A stretch of 62,784 nt of DNA, counting the filler, from a bacterium (lineage in GTDB: Bacteria > UBP15 > UBA6099 > JAJRTR01): NCBI GenBank assembly GCA_024278215.1. It is 3 parts of 3 records of this genome, joined end to end, with 100 filler letters (N's around TTAATTAATTAA, not from the genome) between each part and the next. Parts side by side here need not be neighbours in the genome. Positions count along the whole stretch, not along the records: positions 49,553 to 62,784 come from JAJRTR010000117.1; 2 more parts are not named here. The stretch is one strand, 5' to 3'. A program made the translations under genes and the position numbers. Below are positions 53,446 to 62,784 of this stretch, piece by piece (within the stretch, counting starts at the first letter, position 1; the number at the start of each line of letters is the position of its first letter). Under the pieces are notes generated by a model. It ran no database searches and had not been told where the DNA came from. It was given only the letters and a program-made list of their open reading frames with translations.

Positions 53446-53724
53446 ATGGACTGGAAGGTTTTCCTCACGATATTCGGGACCGTGCTGCTGGCCGAACTCG
53501 GCGACAAGACGCAGCTTGCGACAATGATGTTCAGCACACAGGAGAAAAACCCGCTGATCGTTTTTGTCGCGGCCGCGCTGGCGCTGGTGTTGTCGTCGTT
53601 TATCGCTGTCGTCGTCGGCCAGGCCGCCGCGAAGGTCATCCCCGCGAACCTGTTGCAGGGCATCGCCGGATTCGCCTTCATCATTATCGGGCTCCTGCTC
53701 GTATTTCCCCTTATAAAACACTGA
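53446..53724 (+). CDS. TMEM165/GDT1 (UPF0016) single-domain protein
   Basis: AELGDKTQLA. Confidence 0.92.
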   Translation: MDWKVFLTIFGTVLLAELGDKTQLATMMFSTQEKNPLIVFVAAALALVLSSFIAVVVGQAAAKVIPANLLQGIAGFAFIIIGLLLVFPLIKH

Positions 53725-53737
53725 CGGAGGCGCGTTT

Positions 53738-54139
53738 TTGGACCGCGAAATACGGAAAACCAGAGTGCGGCAGCTTGGCAGCGAACTTCAGGTTCTATCA
53801 TCAAATATGCTCGACGAACTCGACGAGTTGAACTTACACTCCAGCCGCGAAGCTGCCGCCGACCTGCACCGGCGACTCGACTCCATCACTGCCGCAATGC
53901 AGAAGATGATCAAGGATATCGTACACAATATGGAACATCTGGGCATGGACGATCTCACCGACGAATGCCGCGAAATGTACTCGATGCTCGACATCTCACG
54001 GAAGTGTTCCGTCGAACCCGGTAGTTTCAGAAACTTCACAAACAAACTTATCCCGCTGATACGTATGCTGGAGAACTGGAGCCGCCGGGGTCCCTTCGAC
54101 GCGGGCTTCACACCGAACGATACGGAGACTGTTTTATGA
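53738..54139 (+). CDS. Hypothetical helical protein
   Basis: GGAGG RBS with TTG start; ATGA overlap with the next gene. Confidence 0.65.
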   Translation: MDREIRKTRVRQLGSELQVLSSNMLDELDELNLHSSREAAADLHRRLDSITAAMQKMIKDIVHNMEHLGMDDLTDECREMYSMLDISRKCSVEPGSFRNFTNKLIPLIRMLENWSRRGPFDAGFTPNDTETVL

Positions 54140-56415
54140 GACGCGCTTATGCCTTTATAGCTGTAATCACAATCATGGCCGCTTCGGCCTGCCCCTGCAT
54201 CGGAGCGATAAATATGGGAGTACACCCCGACAACAACAGTGTGGATATTGTCGTCGACGGACATCAGTTCATACTCGGAATGTTCCCGGAAATACAGGGA
54301 ATGCAGAAGACACTGACGCCGCGCGACGGCTCGCTAAAGCTTACAAGTGTAGCAGAGTCGAAACCTGAAGACACGGAGCTGGGCAGGATAAGCACAACGA
54401 CACTCATCTACAGCGAATCGGGCGCGGAAGATATTCTATATCTTCATCTTACGATCTATCACGACATGAAAGCGGTGGCCGTCGCTTTCGATTATGAAGG
54501 AGAAATGAACCTGCGTCCGGAGAGCGGGCTGCGACTCGTAATAAACGACATGCCGGCGTTCACTTCCGCGATGGGCGCTGAGCGGTACAAAGATCACTGG
54601 ACACGCCCCTCTTTCGCCGACAAACCCGGCGATCTTCCCCGCCACACGCAATTCATTATCTGGAAGGACGACGTCGCGGGTTACGGCGCGGCGATACCAC
54701 TCGTGGGCGGCGGCATGCGCAGCGATTTCTGTCCGCACAGGGAAAAACTCTCGGTAGCTATGTCGAGCTACGACTCGGGTTTCATCCCCGATGTCGCTCC
54801 GGCAATGGCTGTCGCTTGGGGGCTCGATCCCTACGAAACCATACACAGACTCTACAAAGTCGGTTTCGATTTCATGGGTACTCCGGGCAAACTTCGCACG
54901 GAAAAAGAATACCCGGATATATTCAACCACTTCGGATGGTGCTCGTGGAACGCCTTTCATTCGGCAGTGCGCAGCGAAGATATAATCAGCGCGGCGGCTT
55001 CGTTCAAAGAAAACAATTTCCCGCTGAGATATATCCTTGTGGATGACGGATGGCAGGATATCGGCGAAGACCGGAACCAGCGCAAACTTTACAGCTTCGA
55101 CGCAAACAAAAAGTTTCCCGGCGGCATGAAAGCGCTCACCGATACACTCAAAAATGAATACGGCATTTCGTGGGTCGGTGTGTGGCACACATACCAGGGC
55201 TACTGGGACGGAATCGCCGAAAATTCGGAAATCTACAGAAATTACGGCAAGTCACTCATGAAATCATTGGGCGGTTCACTGTTTCCCAACCCGAAGAAAA
55301 GGAAAGGACTTCGTTTTTTCAACGCATACCATGAAAAACTCAAAAGCGAAGGGATCGACTTCGTGAAGGTCGACAACCAGAGTTCGGCCCACAACTTTAC
55401 AATGCACTTGATGCCGATCAGCTACGCATCCCTGGGCTGGCAGCAGAACCTCCAGATGTCCGTCGAAAAGAACTTCGACAACGCGATCATAAATTGCATG
55501 TGCATGACCATCGAAAATATTTATTACTGGATGAAATCGAATATCGCGCGCAGCAGCGACGACTTCTTCCCCAATGTCCCCGACAACGCCCGCACGCACG
55601 TACTGCACAATATTTACAATTCATTGTGGTACTCCGAACTCGCCTGGCCGGACTTCGACATGTTCCAGTCACATCACCCGCAGGCGGAAATGCACAGTGT
55701 GCTGCGAGCGATCAGCGGCGGCCCGGTTTATGTCACAGACACACCCGGCATGCAGAATTGGGACCTGCTGTGGAAGCTTGTTTTCAATGACGGCACGCTG
55801 CCGCGCGCGGACCACCCGCCATATCCCACACGCGACTCGCTGTTCGTCGATCCCGCTGTCGAAGCAGTACCTCTGAAGGCATTCACACATGTCGGCGACA
55901 CAGGTATCCTCGCGGCCTTCAACGTGCTGGGCTCGGGCGGTCGCGTCATGGGCACGGTGTCGCCGTCGGATGTCGAAAACCTCGACGGCAAATACTTCGC
56001 CGTATATGAACATATAACCGGTGTGCTGAAACATGTGCATCACAAAGGCAGACTCCCGGTAAATCTGCCCGAGTTCGGAAGCCGGCTGTATGTAATAGTA
56101 CCGATAATCGACGGCGCGGCGCCCATCGGCCTGCTGAATAAATATCTTTCCACCGCGGCGATAACCAAAACGGAATATGAAGATGAATACCTGCTGGTCG
56201 GACTTCGCGAAGGCGGCGAATTCGGCGCGTGGCTCGAGGCGGAACCCTATGCCGTAGCCGCAGGCAACGACAAAGTCTACCAGAAAGGCGACTGGTATTT
56301 TAAGGACAATTTCTTTAAATTGGACATTCCCGGCAACGACCCTGTCGAGCTCAAAATATACATCCGGCACAAAGGTTGCCAATGCAGGGAAAACAAAGAA
56401 AAGAGATGCGAGTGA
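54136..56415 (+). CDS. Sip1/raffinose-synthase-like GH36 alpha-galactosidase, secreted
   Basis: FGWCSWNAF, DDGWQ, GYWDG, DFVKVDNQ, RSSDDF, PDFDMFQS, ISGGPVY. Confidence 0.92.
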   Translation: MRRAYAFIAVITIMAASACPCIGAINMGVHPDNNSVDIVVDGHQFILGMFPEIQGMQKTLTPRDGSLKLTSVAESKPEDTELGRISTTTLIYSESGAEDILYLHLTIYHDMKAVAVAFDYEGEMNLRPESGLRLVINDMPAFTSAMGAERYKDHWTRPSFADKPGDLPRHTQFIIWKDDVAGYGAAIPLVGGGMRSDFCPHREKLSVAMSSYDSGFIPDVAPAMAVAWGLDPYETIHRLYKVGFDFMGTPGKLRTEKEYPDIFNHFGWCSWNAFHSAVRSEDIISAAASFKENNFPLRYILVDDGWQDIGEDRNQRKLYSFDANKKFPGGMKALTDTLKNEYGISWVGVWHTYQGYWDGIAENSEIYRNYGKSLMKSLGGSLFPNPKKRKGLRFFNAYHEKLKSEGIDFVKVDNQSSAHNFTMHLMPISYASLGWQQNLQMSVEKNFDNAIINCMCMTIENIYYWMKSNIARSSDDFFPNVPDNARTHVLHNIYNSLWYSELAWPDFDMFQSHHPQAEMHSVLRAISGGPVYVTDTPGMQNWDLLWKLVFNDGTLPRADHPPYPTRDSLFVDPAVEAVPLKAFTHVGDTGILAAFNVLGSGGRVMGTVSPSDVENLDGKYFAVYEHITGVLKHVHHKGRLPVNLPEFGSRLYVIVPIIDGAAPIGLLNKYLSTAAITKTEYEDEYLLVGLREGGEFGAWLEAEPYAVAAGNDKVYQKGDWYFKDNFFKLDIPGNDPVELKIYIRHKGCQCRENKEKRCE

Positions 56416-56458
56416 ATGTTATGGAATGTTTGTATCACTATCCCGATTCCGGCCCCGC

Positions 56459-56481
56459 CCCGCATTGGTGAGATATGCGGG
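56459..56481 (+). repeat. Family B short form
   Basis: CCCGCATTGGTGAGATATGCGGG; further copies near 8431-8460, 45166-45188 and 62303-62334. Confidence 0.75.
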
Positions 56482-56524
56482 ACATAGCATATAGTACCTG
56501 AAGGAAAACCTTAAAACGCCTTTT

Positions 56525-56703
56525 GAGCCAATTGCAAAATTCTGATTCGGCTACGGTCGGCTGCAATTGTTAACAGTTGCGTTGTCGGCACAAAATCATC
56601 CTCGACGTACTCTACAAGTACGCCTGCGGGGATTTTGCACCTCCGCCTTGCTTCCGACCAATTTCGCTCGACCTCGCTTCGAACATAATTTTGCAACTGG
56701 CTC
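56525..56703 (+). mobile_element. Family A element (179 bp, more diverged)
   Basis: GAGCCAATTGCAAAATT...AATTTTGCAACTGGCTC. Confidence 0.9.
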
Positions 56704-57000
56704 TTTTAACTATATGGACCGCTTGAGAAGTATGTTCTACATGGAAAAACCTCAATCCCGCCGTACCTCTTTTAACCCTGCTGCACCTCTCGAAAAATGT
56801 GCAGAGAGCAACACAAACAGTTATCACAAAATATGCTGAGGCGGGATACGGAGATCCCGCCCTTTTTCTGCTCTTTCAACTAAATTATTCCCTTACATCT
56901 TTTCATCGTTGGCGCGACACTGGTATCATCCAATTTCAAAATCCTGATCAACGATATTGAAAAAAGTGCCCCGGCGGAGTAAAATGCGTCGTAGTAATAT

Positions 57001-57073
57001 GCGGAAATAGCTCAGTTGGTAGAGCATCAGCTTCCCAAGCTGAGGGTCGCGGGTTCGAGTCCCGTTTTCCGCT
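57001..57073 (+). tRNA. tRNA-Gly(CCC)
   Basis: Acceptor stem GCGGAAA/TTTCCGC, anticodon arm TCAGC-TTCCCAA-GCTGA, GGTTCGA T-loop; CCA not encoded. Confidence 0.96.
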
Positions 57074-57129
57074 CTTTCGTAACGGCAGAAAAGATGCTGT
57101 ATCCTGTGACGGTGATACTGTGCATTATG

Positions 57130-57159
57130 AAAAGAACCGGGCCGAAGCCCGGTTCTTTT
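57130..57159. terminator. Bidirectional intrinsic terminator
   Basis: AAAAGAACCGGGC-CGAA-GCCCGGTTCTTTT between the convergent tRNA and esterase genes. Confidence 0.85.
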
Positions 57160-57189
57160 CATACCTGTTTCAACTTCTGAATTTTACAA

Positions 57190-58806
57190 CTATTTTTTCG
57201 CTGAAGCTTTTTTCTTCTCAGTTTTCGCTGAAGCTTTCCGGCTTTTTTCAAGGCCGGTGACTTCGGCGATGTGCGAGTCGATAGTTTCGAGCACTTTATC
57301 CGCCTCAAGGTCCAAAAGCATCTCGTGACCGGATTTCTTGAACCAGACAACTTTCTTATCCGTCGATTTGATCTTTTGCGGGATTATACGCCCGACTCGT
57401 GGCGACACCACCGTGTCATTCTTTGATTGCACAATAAACAACGGCAGATTGAACTTTTTAAGCCGTTTTTCGACATCGCCCGCGGCATGAAAGAGAGACG
57501 CGAATGATTCTGTGGCGAAGAACGGGTAATTGCGGTTGTTCTGCTCCTTGCAGAAATCGTCTGCGTATGCGTTGGGACTGTCCCAGTATTTAAAGACCTT
57601 GCTCAACACGGGTGTGAGAGCAGACATCGGGTCTGCAAACTTGAGGGCAGGCGCGAGAAGAATAACATCGTCGATGAGTTCAGGCCGCTTGATGCCGAGG
57701 TCGAGCGACACCAGCCCGCCCATAGAGTGACCGCACACAATGATCTTCTCCGCATGTTCGGATAATTCCTCGAGCGCCGCTTCGGCGTCCTAATACCAGT
57801 CGTCATAAGTCGTGCCGACCATATCATGCGGCACCGTGCCGTGGCCGCGGAGGATCGGGAACCTGTATGCTATGCCCCTGTCCTCGAGATACGGAGCGAG
57901 CGGCGACACGCAACTGATGTGAGATGTGAAGCCGTGCAGGACCAGCGCGCCCCATTCCGATTTGCCGCTCTTTTTCGGGTAAAATGTCAGCCCGCGCGTG
58001 TCCGGTTCCTTGATGGGCACTTCAATCGGGACAAAACATCGGTCATGGTCGACAAGGTCGGATATCGCTTTCATCACCTGGTTGGTATACTTGCGCAGTT
58101 TCTTCCTGTCGACATCCTTCATATCGGTTTCCTTGAAATGTATGGGTTTGCCGTAGCGAATCGTGATCGGAAGCTTTTTCTGCACAGGCGGCATCTCAAG
58201 GCGTGGATAAGCCTCGGGCGGAAACGCCTGGCCTGTGCCGGAAATACCTGCTGGAATGATCGGCACACCGGCTCGTATCGCCATGCGCACGACTCCCGTA
58301 TGGCCGCGCAGAAGTCCTGTCTCCGGCTCGAGCTCGGCCCTCGACACCTCTTCCTCGCCCGGGATCGTACCCTCAGGGAATATCGCTATGAGCCAGCCTT
58401 CCTTAAGTTTTTCCACAATATCGCTCAGTCCGTCGTTGTCCCCGCCGCGCTTTATATATACGGATTCACTTAACTCGATCATCTTGCTCAGCACAGGCCA
58501 GTCTACAAAATCGCTTTTCGCAATAAAATGAAGCTTCCTCTCGCTCATCGAGCCGAGCACCTGCGCATCCAGCCAACTCTGGTGATTCGCCGCCACTATC
58601 GCTCCGCTTTCAGGAATGTTCTCGAGACCTATTATCTCAAGATCGTTGTTTTTCTCGAATCCATTCCTCATGTTTGTTTTTATCATATCCGCCATGGCAT
58701 CACGAACCGAGTCGTAAACGCCCACCTGCTTCACCAGGCCAAAAGCGCCCTCGAGCACTTTGTCCATCGGTGTAGCAAGCTTGTTCAATAATTCAAAACG
58801 CTCCAT
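57190..58806 (-). CDS. PlsC-type acyltransferase fused to alpha/beta esterase, in-frame TAG at codon 339
   Basis: NHQSWLD, FPEGT; LHGFTS, LRGHGT, DDWY-TAG(57790-92)-DAEAALEEL...GHSMGG, SGH in the same frame; 538 aa if read through. Confidence 0.88.
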
Positions 58807-59151
58807 TTTCTCTACATCTCCTTTATCACAAATATTTACCCGGTACCTTTAGTCCGAAATCCGAGTTCTTTCCATTTCACTACCGTACATTGCCATCGCT
58901 TTGTAGTGCGGACTCGTGTTTTATATTCTCCTCTGTCACACCGAACCCGTTCTATTGAAATGCTTCCAAATACCTGTACCGAAGCCCGAGATAAGGTTGT
59001 TAAACATCTTGTATTTTAGCCCAGTTGTCTTCAAAATACCAACCCTGATGCAAGATACTATAGCGCGCTTTTACAACTGTTTTTTCGCAGACTGCATCTT
59101 CAGATAATATGTACAGGTTTAGTTGTATAATCTGCTGCAAAGTTCCGCAAA

Positions 59152-60012
59152 CTATACGTTTAATTTTACTGCGGCATTGGTGATAACGTCGATACCACGT
59201 TCTGCAACTTTCGCTTTGAGCAGGATTGTATCGTCGTTTTCCCTCCACATCTGCGTGATGATTGTTTCGCCCGGATAGACACTGCCGGCGAAGCGGACCT
59301 TGATGCTTTTGAACTTGCCGGGATCGTTGGCGCAGTATGCCTGGAGCACTGCGCGTCCAACGTGGCCGAACGTGCAGAGCCCGTGAAGGATCGGTTTTTC
59401 GAACCCACCCATTGCAGCGAAATTCGGGTCGGCATGAAGAGGATTGAGGTCACCGGAAAGCCTGTAGAGGAGCGCTTGCTGCGGTAGTGTTTTCATCTCG
59501 ATAGTTTCGTCAGGGTCGCGGTCGGGCGCTTCGTTTTCGGCTTTTGGACCGCTCTCGCCGCCGAAACCGCCTTCGCCACGCAGGAACAGTGAAAAAGTGT
59601 TGAAGAAAAGAGCTTCGCCATCGGCGGTTTCCGTCAGGCAATCGAGCAGCACAAGAGCGCCTTTGCCCTTGTCGTAGATAGCCTGGATTGAAGGTTTGTT
59701 CACCAGTTTCCCTTTTACAGGAATCGGCGTCTTGCGTATTTCGAGGAATTGCTCGCCGTGGAGCAGCATCATCGGGTTGAAGTCAAGCCCCGGATGTCCC
59801 ATAACACCGGCCAGGGCGGCGAAGGGTGGCACAACACCGTAGGTCGGCAGCACTTTCAGTCCGCTCTCATAGGTAAACCCGAGCTGGTCCTTGTCCGTCG
59901 GCGGCACGCCGGCGCCGATACCGAGCGCATACAGGATGACATCCTTGAAGTTGTATTCGAACTCGATAGGCTTCAACGGAGCCGACATTGCTTTTTCAAC
60001 ATCTATAGGCAT
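59152..60012 (-). CDS. MaoC double hot-dog (R)-enoyl-CoA hydratase 2
   Basis: YALGIGA, LHGEQ, YRLSGDLNPLHADP, ILHGLCT. Confidence 0.93.
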   Translation of the reverse strand: MPIDVEKAMSAPLKPIEFEYNFKDVILYALGIGAGVPPTDKDQLGFTYESGLKVLPTYGVVPPFAALAGVMGHPGLDFNPMMLLHGEQFLEIRKTPIPVKGKLVNKPSIQAIYDKGKGALVLLDCLTETADGEALFFNTFSLFLRGEGGFGGESGPKAENEAPDRDPDETIEMKTLPQQALLYRLSGDLNPLHADPNFAAMGGFEKPILHGLCTFGHVGRAVLQAYCANDPGKFKSIKVRFAGSVYPGETIITQMWRENDDTILLKAKVAERGIDVITNAAVKLNV

Positions 60013-60165
60013 GGAAATTCCCCCCTTGTGTATTTTATGGATTCCCTGATCAGGTATGACTTTATCACATTACCGGAGATTTTGAAAGAATAGAACTATT
60101 GTTCATGGAATTGTAAAATGGATTCCCGCTTCAAGCATGAACTTGTTAACTGACCGGTATTGCGT

Positions 60166-60816
60166 CTAAGTGTATTTCGAGCATACCGGTACGGTGCTGA
60201 TACGTTTTACGACGTCAAGAAACAGGTTGTCTTCTCTCTCGACATGAAAGCCGGAAAGTCGTATATTGTCCATTGTTTTTCTGTTGATATGTGCACCCAT
60301 CATTCTGTACGTCATGTTGTCGAGAAGGTCGAATCGCGCGCCCGGTTTGAGTACACGATTCACCTCTGAGAGCCCTTTCAGCGGGTCCGGCACACTGCAG
60401 AAAACAAAAGTCGTTACAGCCCTGTCGAACGAATTGTTTTCAAAGGGGAGTTCCTGCACATCTGCAAGATGGAAGTCAACATTTTCAACATTCAGTTTCT
60501 CTGCTCTGCGCTTTGCATTATCGAGCATTCTCTCACTGAAATCAATTGCCGTTACCTGGATATTATCCGGGTAATGCGGAATGTTGCGACCGGTTCCGAC
60601 TCCGATTTCTATGACACTATCGCCTGGTTTCAAACCCTGGAACAACTCCTGTCTCCTAGCGGTCCCGGCCATCAATTCCATCGGCAATGAACAAATATCG
60701 TAAGTACCGGCGTGCCGGTCGTATATCAAACGCGCCTCGTCAGTAGCGAGCATGTCGATTTTCGTATCCGCATTTCTATTGCTGTTGTATTTTGTATTCA
60801 TTTCGGTATTGTTCAT
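60166..60816 (-). CDS. Class I SAM methyltransferase, possible internal in-frame deletion
   Basis: EIGVGTG, VFCSVPDP, RVLKPG, HINR; GAGGAGG RBS. Confidence 0.82.
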   Translation of the reverse strand: MNNTEMNTKYNSNRNADTKIDMLATDEARLIYDRHAGTYDICSLPMELMAGTARRQELFQGLKPGDSVIEIGVGTGRNIPHYPDNIQVTAIDFSERMLDNAKRRAEKLNVENVDFHLADVQELPFENNSFDRAVTTFVFCSVPDPLKGLSEVNRVLKPGARFDLLDNMTYRMMGAHINRKTMDNIRLSGFHVEREDNLFLDVVKRISTVPVCSKYT

Positions 60817-60863
60817 CGCGTGCCTCCTCATAAATGGACAGATGCTCAACAAATATCCTGCAT

Positions 60864-61061
60864 TCATGCGGCTCCATGGTTATCGTTTTCATTATTACCT
60901 TTTTTGTTTTGTTCTCTCGTGTCATTATCTGAAAAATGCTTGTCTTCAGGCGGAACATCAGGATTCATCGTCTCGAAATTCCGGAACGACACGACCATGA
61001 GCACTACTATCAGGCTGAAACATGTCAGAAGTATCAATATTATAAAAACCGTATAGAACAC
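60864..61061 (-). CDS. Small membrane-anchored hypothetical protein
   Basis: GGAGG RBS with GTG start, one TM helix; sits inside an apparent operon. Confidence 0.45.
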   Translation of the reverse strand: MFYTVFIILILLTCFSLIVVLMVVSFRNFETMNPDVPPEDKHFSDNDTREQNKKGNNENDNHGAA

Positions 61062-61076
61062 ATCGCTCACCTCCAC

Positions 61077-61511
61077 TCATGGAATCGATCTAAGTGTTGA
61101 TGGTTTCCCCTTTTCCCGGTTTTCCGGTCTCGCTTTATTCTCAGCGTTATCTATGCAATGCGTCAGGTCTTCGCGGTCGACCGGTTTGATGAAATACCGT
61201 CGAGCCCCTTTGATGAAACCGGAAAGGCGTGTCGACAGTTCCCCGCAGCCGGAAACTATGAACACAGGGATATCGGGCACCTGCTTGTCCTGGAATATCT
61301 GCCGCAGGAACTCGATGCCGTCGGCCTCGGGGAGCCCGATATCCAGGATGACAGCATCGGGAGGGAACTTGTCGACAATACGCAAGGCTTCTTCCGTCGA
61401 GGCGGTCTTTATTATTTCCCGTCCATCGCCCTGCAACCACTGTTCGTATATTTCCCGGTAGCTTTCTTCGTCTTCCACAATAAGGATTCTGAAATTGTTC
61501 TTCATTGACAT
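61077..61511 (-). CDS. Response regulator receiver
   Basis: ILIVEDE, ILDIGLPEADG, YFIKP. Confidence 0.9.
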   Translation of the reverse strand: MSMKNNFRILIVEDEESYREIYEQWLQGDGREIIKTASTEEALRIVDKFPPDAVILDIGLPEADGIEFLRQIFQDKQVPDIPVFIVSGCGELSTRLSGFIKGARRYFIKPVDREDLTHCIDNAENKARPENREKGKPSTLRSIP

Positions 61512-61630
61512 TCCCCTCTCGTATATCCATAGTCGTCATCGTTGAGTTTTCAGTAATAAGTGATTATGCACAGGATAGGGACCACCGGCTCCCACCGGGT
61601 GTGTCCCGGCGGGAGCCCGGCCCGAAATCA

Positions 61631-62194
61631 TTACCAGTTGATGTCGTCGGGCAGATCCCAGTTTTCGGAAGAATTGGAACCGCCTGTTTGTGTGACGTAC
61701 TGGTTGCCGCAATGCCACTGGCTGGTTTTGGCAGTGGTATTTGTCGCTCCGTGGCAGGGCATGGAGGCATAGTGCTCTTCGGAAACCAGAGCGAAGGGCT
61801 TGCCGGTTGTCGCGTCGACCAGCAGAACCTCCCTGGTGCCGTCGGAGAACTTCACATCGGCCTTGTACAGCGTCCATCCCCAACCCATCATGCCATGTGT
61901 CGTCTGCTCGACTTCTCCTACGGTCGCATCATTGAGCCTGGCCTTTACGAATGTCTCCGCTGCTTTGCGGGCGGCATCTCTGGAAATCAAGTCGGCATTA
62001 TTCTGCGAATGCATGCCCTGTCCCATCATTCCATGTGCGCCCCCCATCATCATACCTTGCATGTTGCCCTGCATCTGATGGGCCCCCGCGCCCTGTCCAT
62101 TTCCTCCACCGGCTGCGAAGCCGTATCCTCCCAGAGCCACGAGCGCCAGCACTGCTACGATTGTTGCCGCATACTTCTTCATCATGCGAATCAC
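61631..62194 (-). CDS. Exported Met/Gly-rich protein with PepSY-like domain (paralog of 49809-50474)
   Basis: Signal peptide, GMMMGGAHGMMGQGMH, SRDAARK...LLVDATTGKP. Confidence 0.8.
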   Translation of the reverse strand: MIRMMKKYAATIVAVLALVALGGYGFAAGGGNGQGAGAHQMQGNMQGMMMGGAHGMMGQGMHSQNNADLISRDAARKAAETFVKARLNDATVGEVEQTTHGMMGWGWTLYKADVKFSDGTREVLLVDATTGKPFALVSEEHYASMPCHGATNTTAKTSQWHCGNQYVTQTGGSNSSENWDLPDDINW

Positions 62195-62223
62195 TCCCTT
62201 TCTTTAGATTTGCAAATTGTATG

Positions 62224-62239
62224 ATCAAGAACCGTGCCA
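62224..62239 (-). promoter_or_regulatory. Sigma54-like -24/-12 promoter (GA variant)
   Basis: TGGCACGGTTCTTGAT, 30 bp before the ATG. Confidence 0.6.
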
Positions 62240-62784
62240 GACTCGTAAATTTGCGAAAAATAATCACAGGGAAATACACAGCGGGTGTATTAACAAGAGG
62301 CATTAACCCGGACCTGGTGAAATATGCGGGGTAAGAATAATGATTGAGGTCAGTTTCCGGAAGTTTTGTATCGCACTGCCCAATATCGAACAGCACACTG
62401 CCTGTTATAATACAGATAGGTTGAGTCGGGATACGGTGATCCCGCCCTTTTTCTGTTTCTTCTACAACATCATACTCAACCGCAGCATACAGTGGCATGT
62501 TAATTAACACTAAAACCGGTATGATAAAAACGGCTGAAAATTCAGGAGTAAATTTAAATTTCAAAAAATTATAATCCGGCTTAACTATTTTGTTTAACTT
62601 AAAAAATAATATTACTCACAAACACTATTTCGATACGATAAAACAAATTTATCGGCACAGGCAGTACAGCCTGTTGCATAGGATTCCTGTTTACCATCTT
62701 CTAATGTCGCACAAACGGGTTTATATTCATTAGTACAAATTTGAGGCCGAGGTTCCGTACAAGTAACTTTACTTTTTTCTTCAG

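Overview
This is a bacterial draft-genome window, probably from a diderm anaerobe. It is built from three contigs joined by artificial N44-TTAATTAATTAA-N44 spacers (28605-28704, 49453-49552), so gene order across the spacers is meaningless. Contig 1 carries a TPR protein, purSLQ, a large outer-membrane-like protein, DUF362, thrB, a GS-like/SDR/glnA/AOR cluster, DUF3084, a KpsF-like protein, a TMTC-like protein, a DUF5989-carbamoyltransferase-SxtJ trio and ileS. Contig 2 carries MCP/cheW, purA, rnfCDGEAB (RnfB fused to a flavin oxidoreductase), a flagellin with an inserted carbohydrate-binding-like domain, rseC, an aminotransferase and an acyl-CoA ligase. Contig 3 carries Met-rich exported proteins, methyltransferases, STAS, YhcC, GDT1, GH36, tRNA-Gly, an acyltransferase-esterase fusion and MaoC. 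Main observations: (1) three otherwise intact genes are each split by one in-frame TAG, while TAG also ends 12 of 49 genes, suggesting amber read-through such as pyrrolysine or a suppressor, or recent nonsense mutations; (2) an unannotated Ile-rich leader peptide with a full attenuator lies upstream of ileS; (3) the lectin-like flagellin; (4) several palindromic miniature element families, two of which share an internal core motif; (5) two Met-rich paralogs share a variant sigma54-like promoter. All calls come from reading the sequence; no searches were run.
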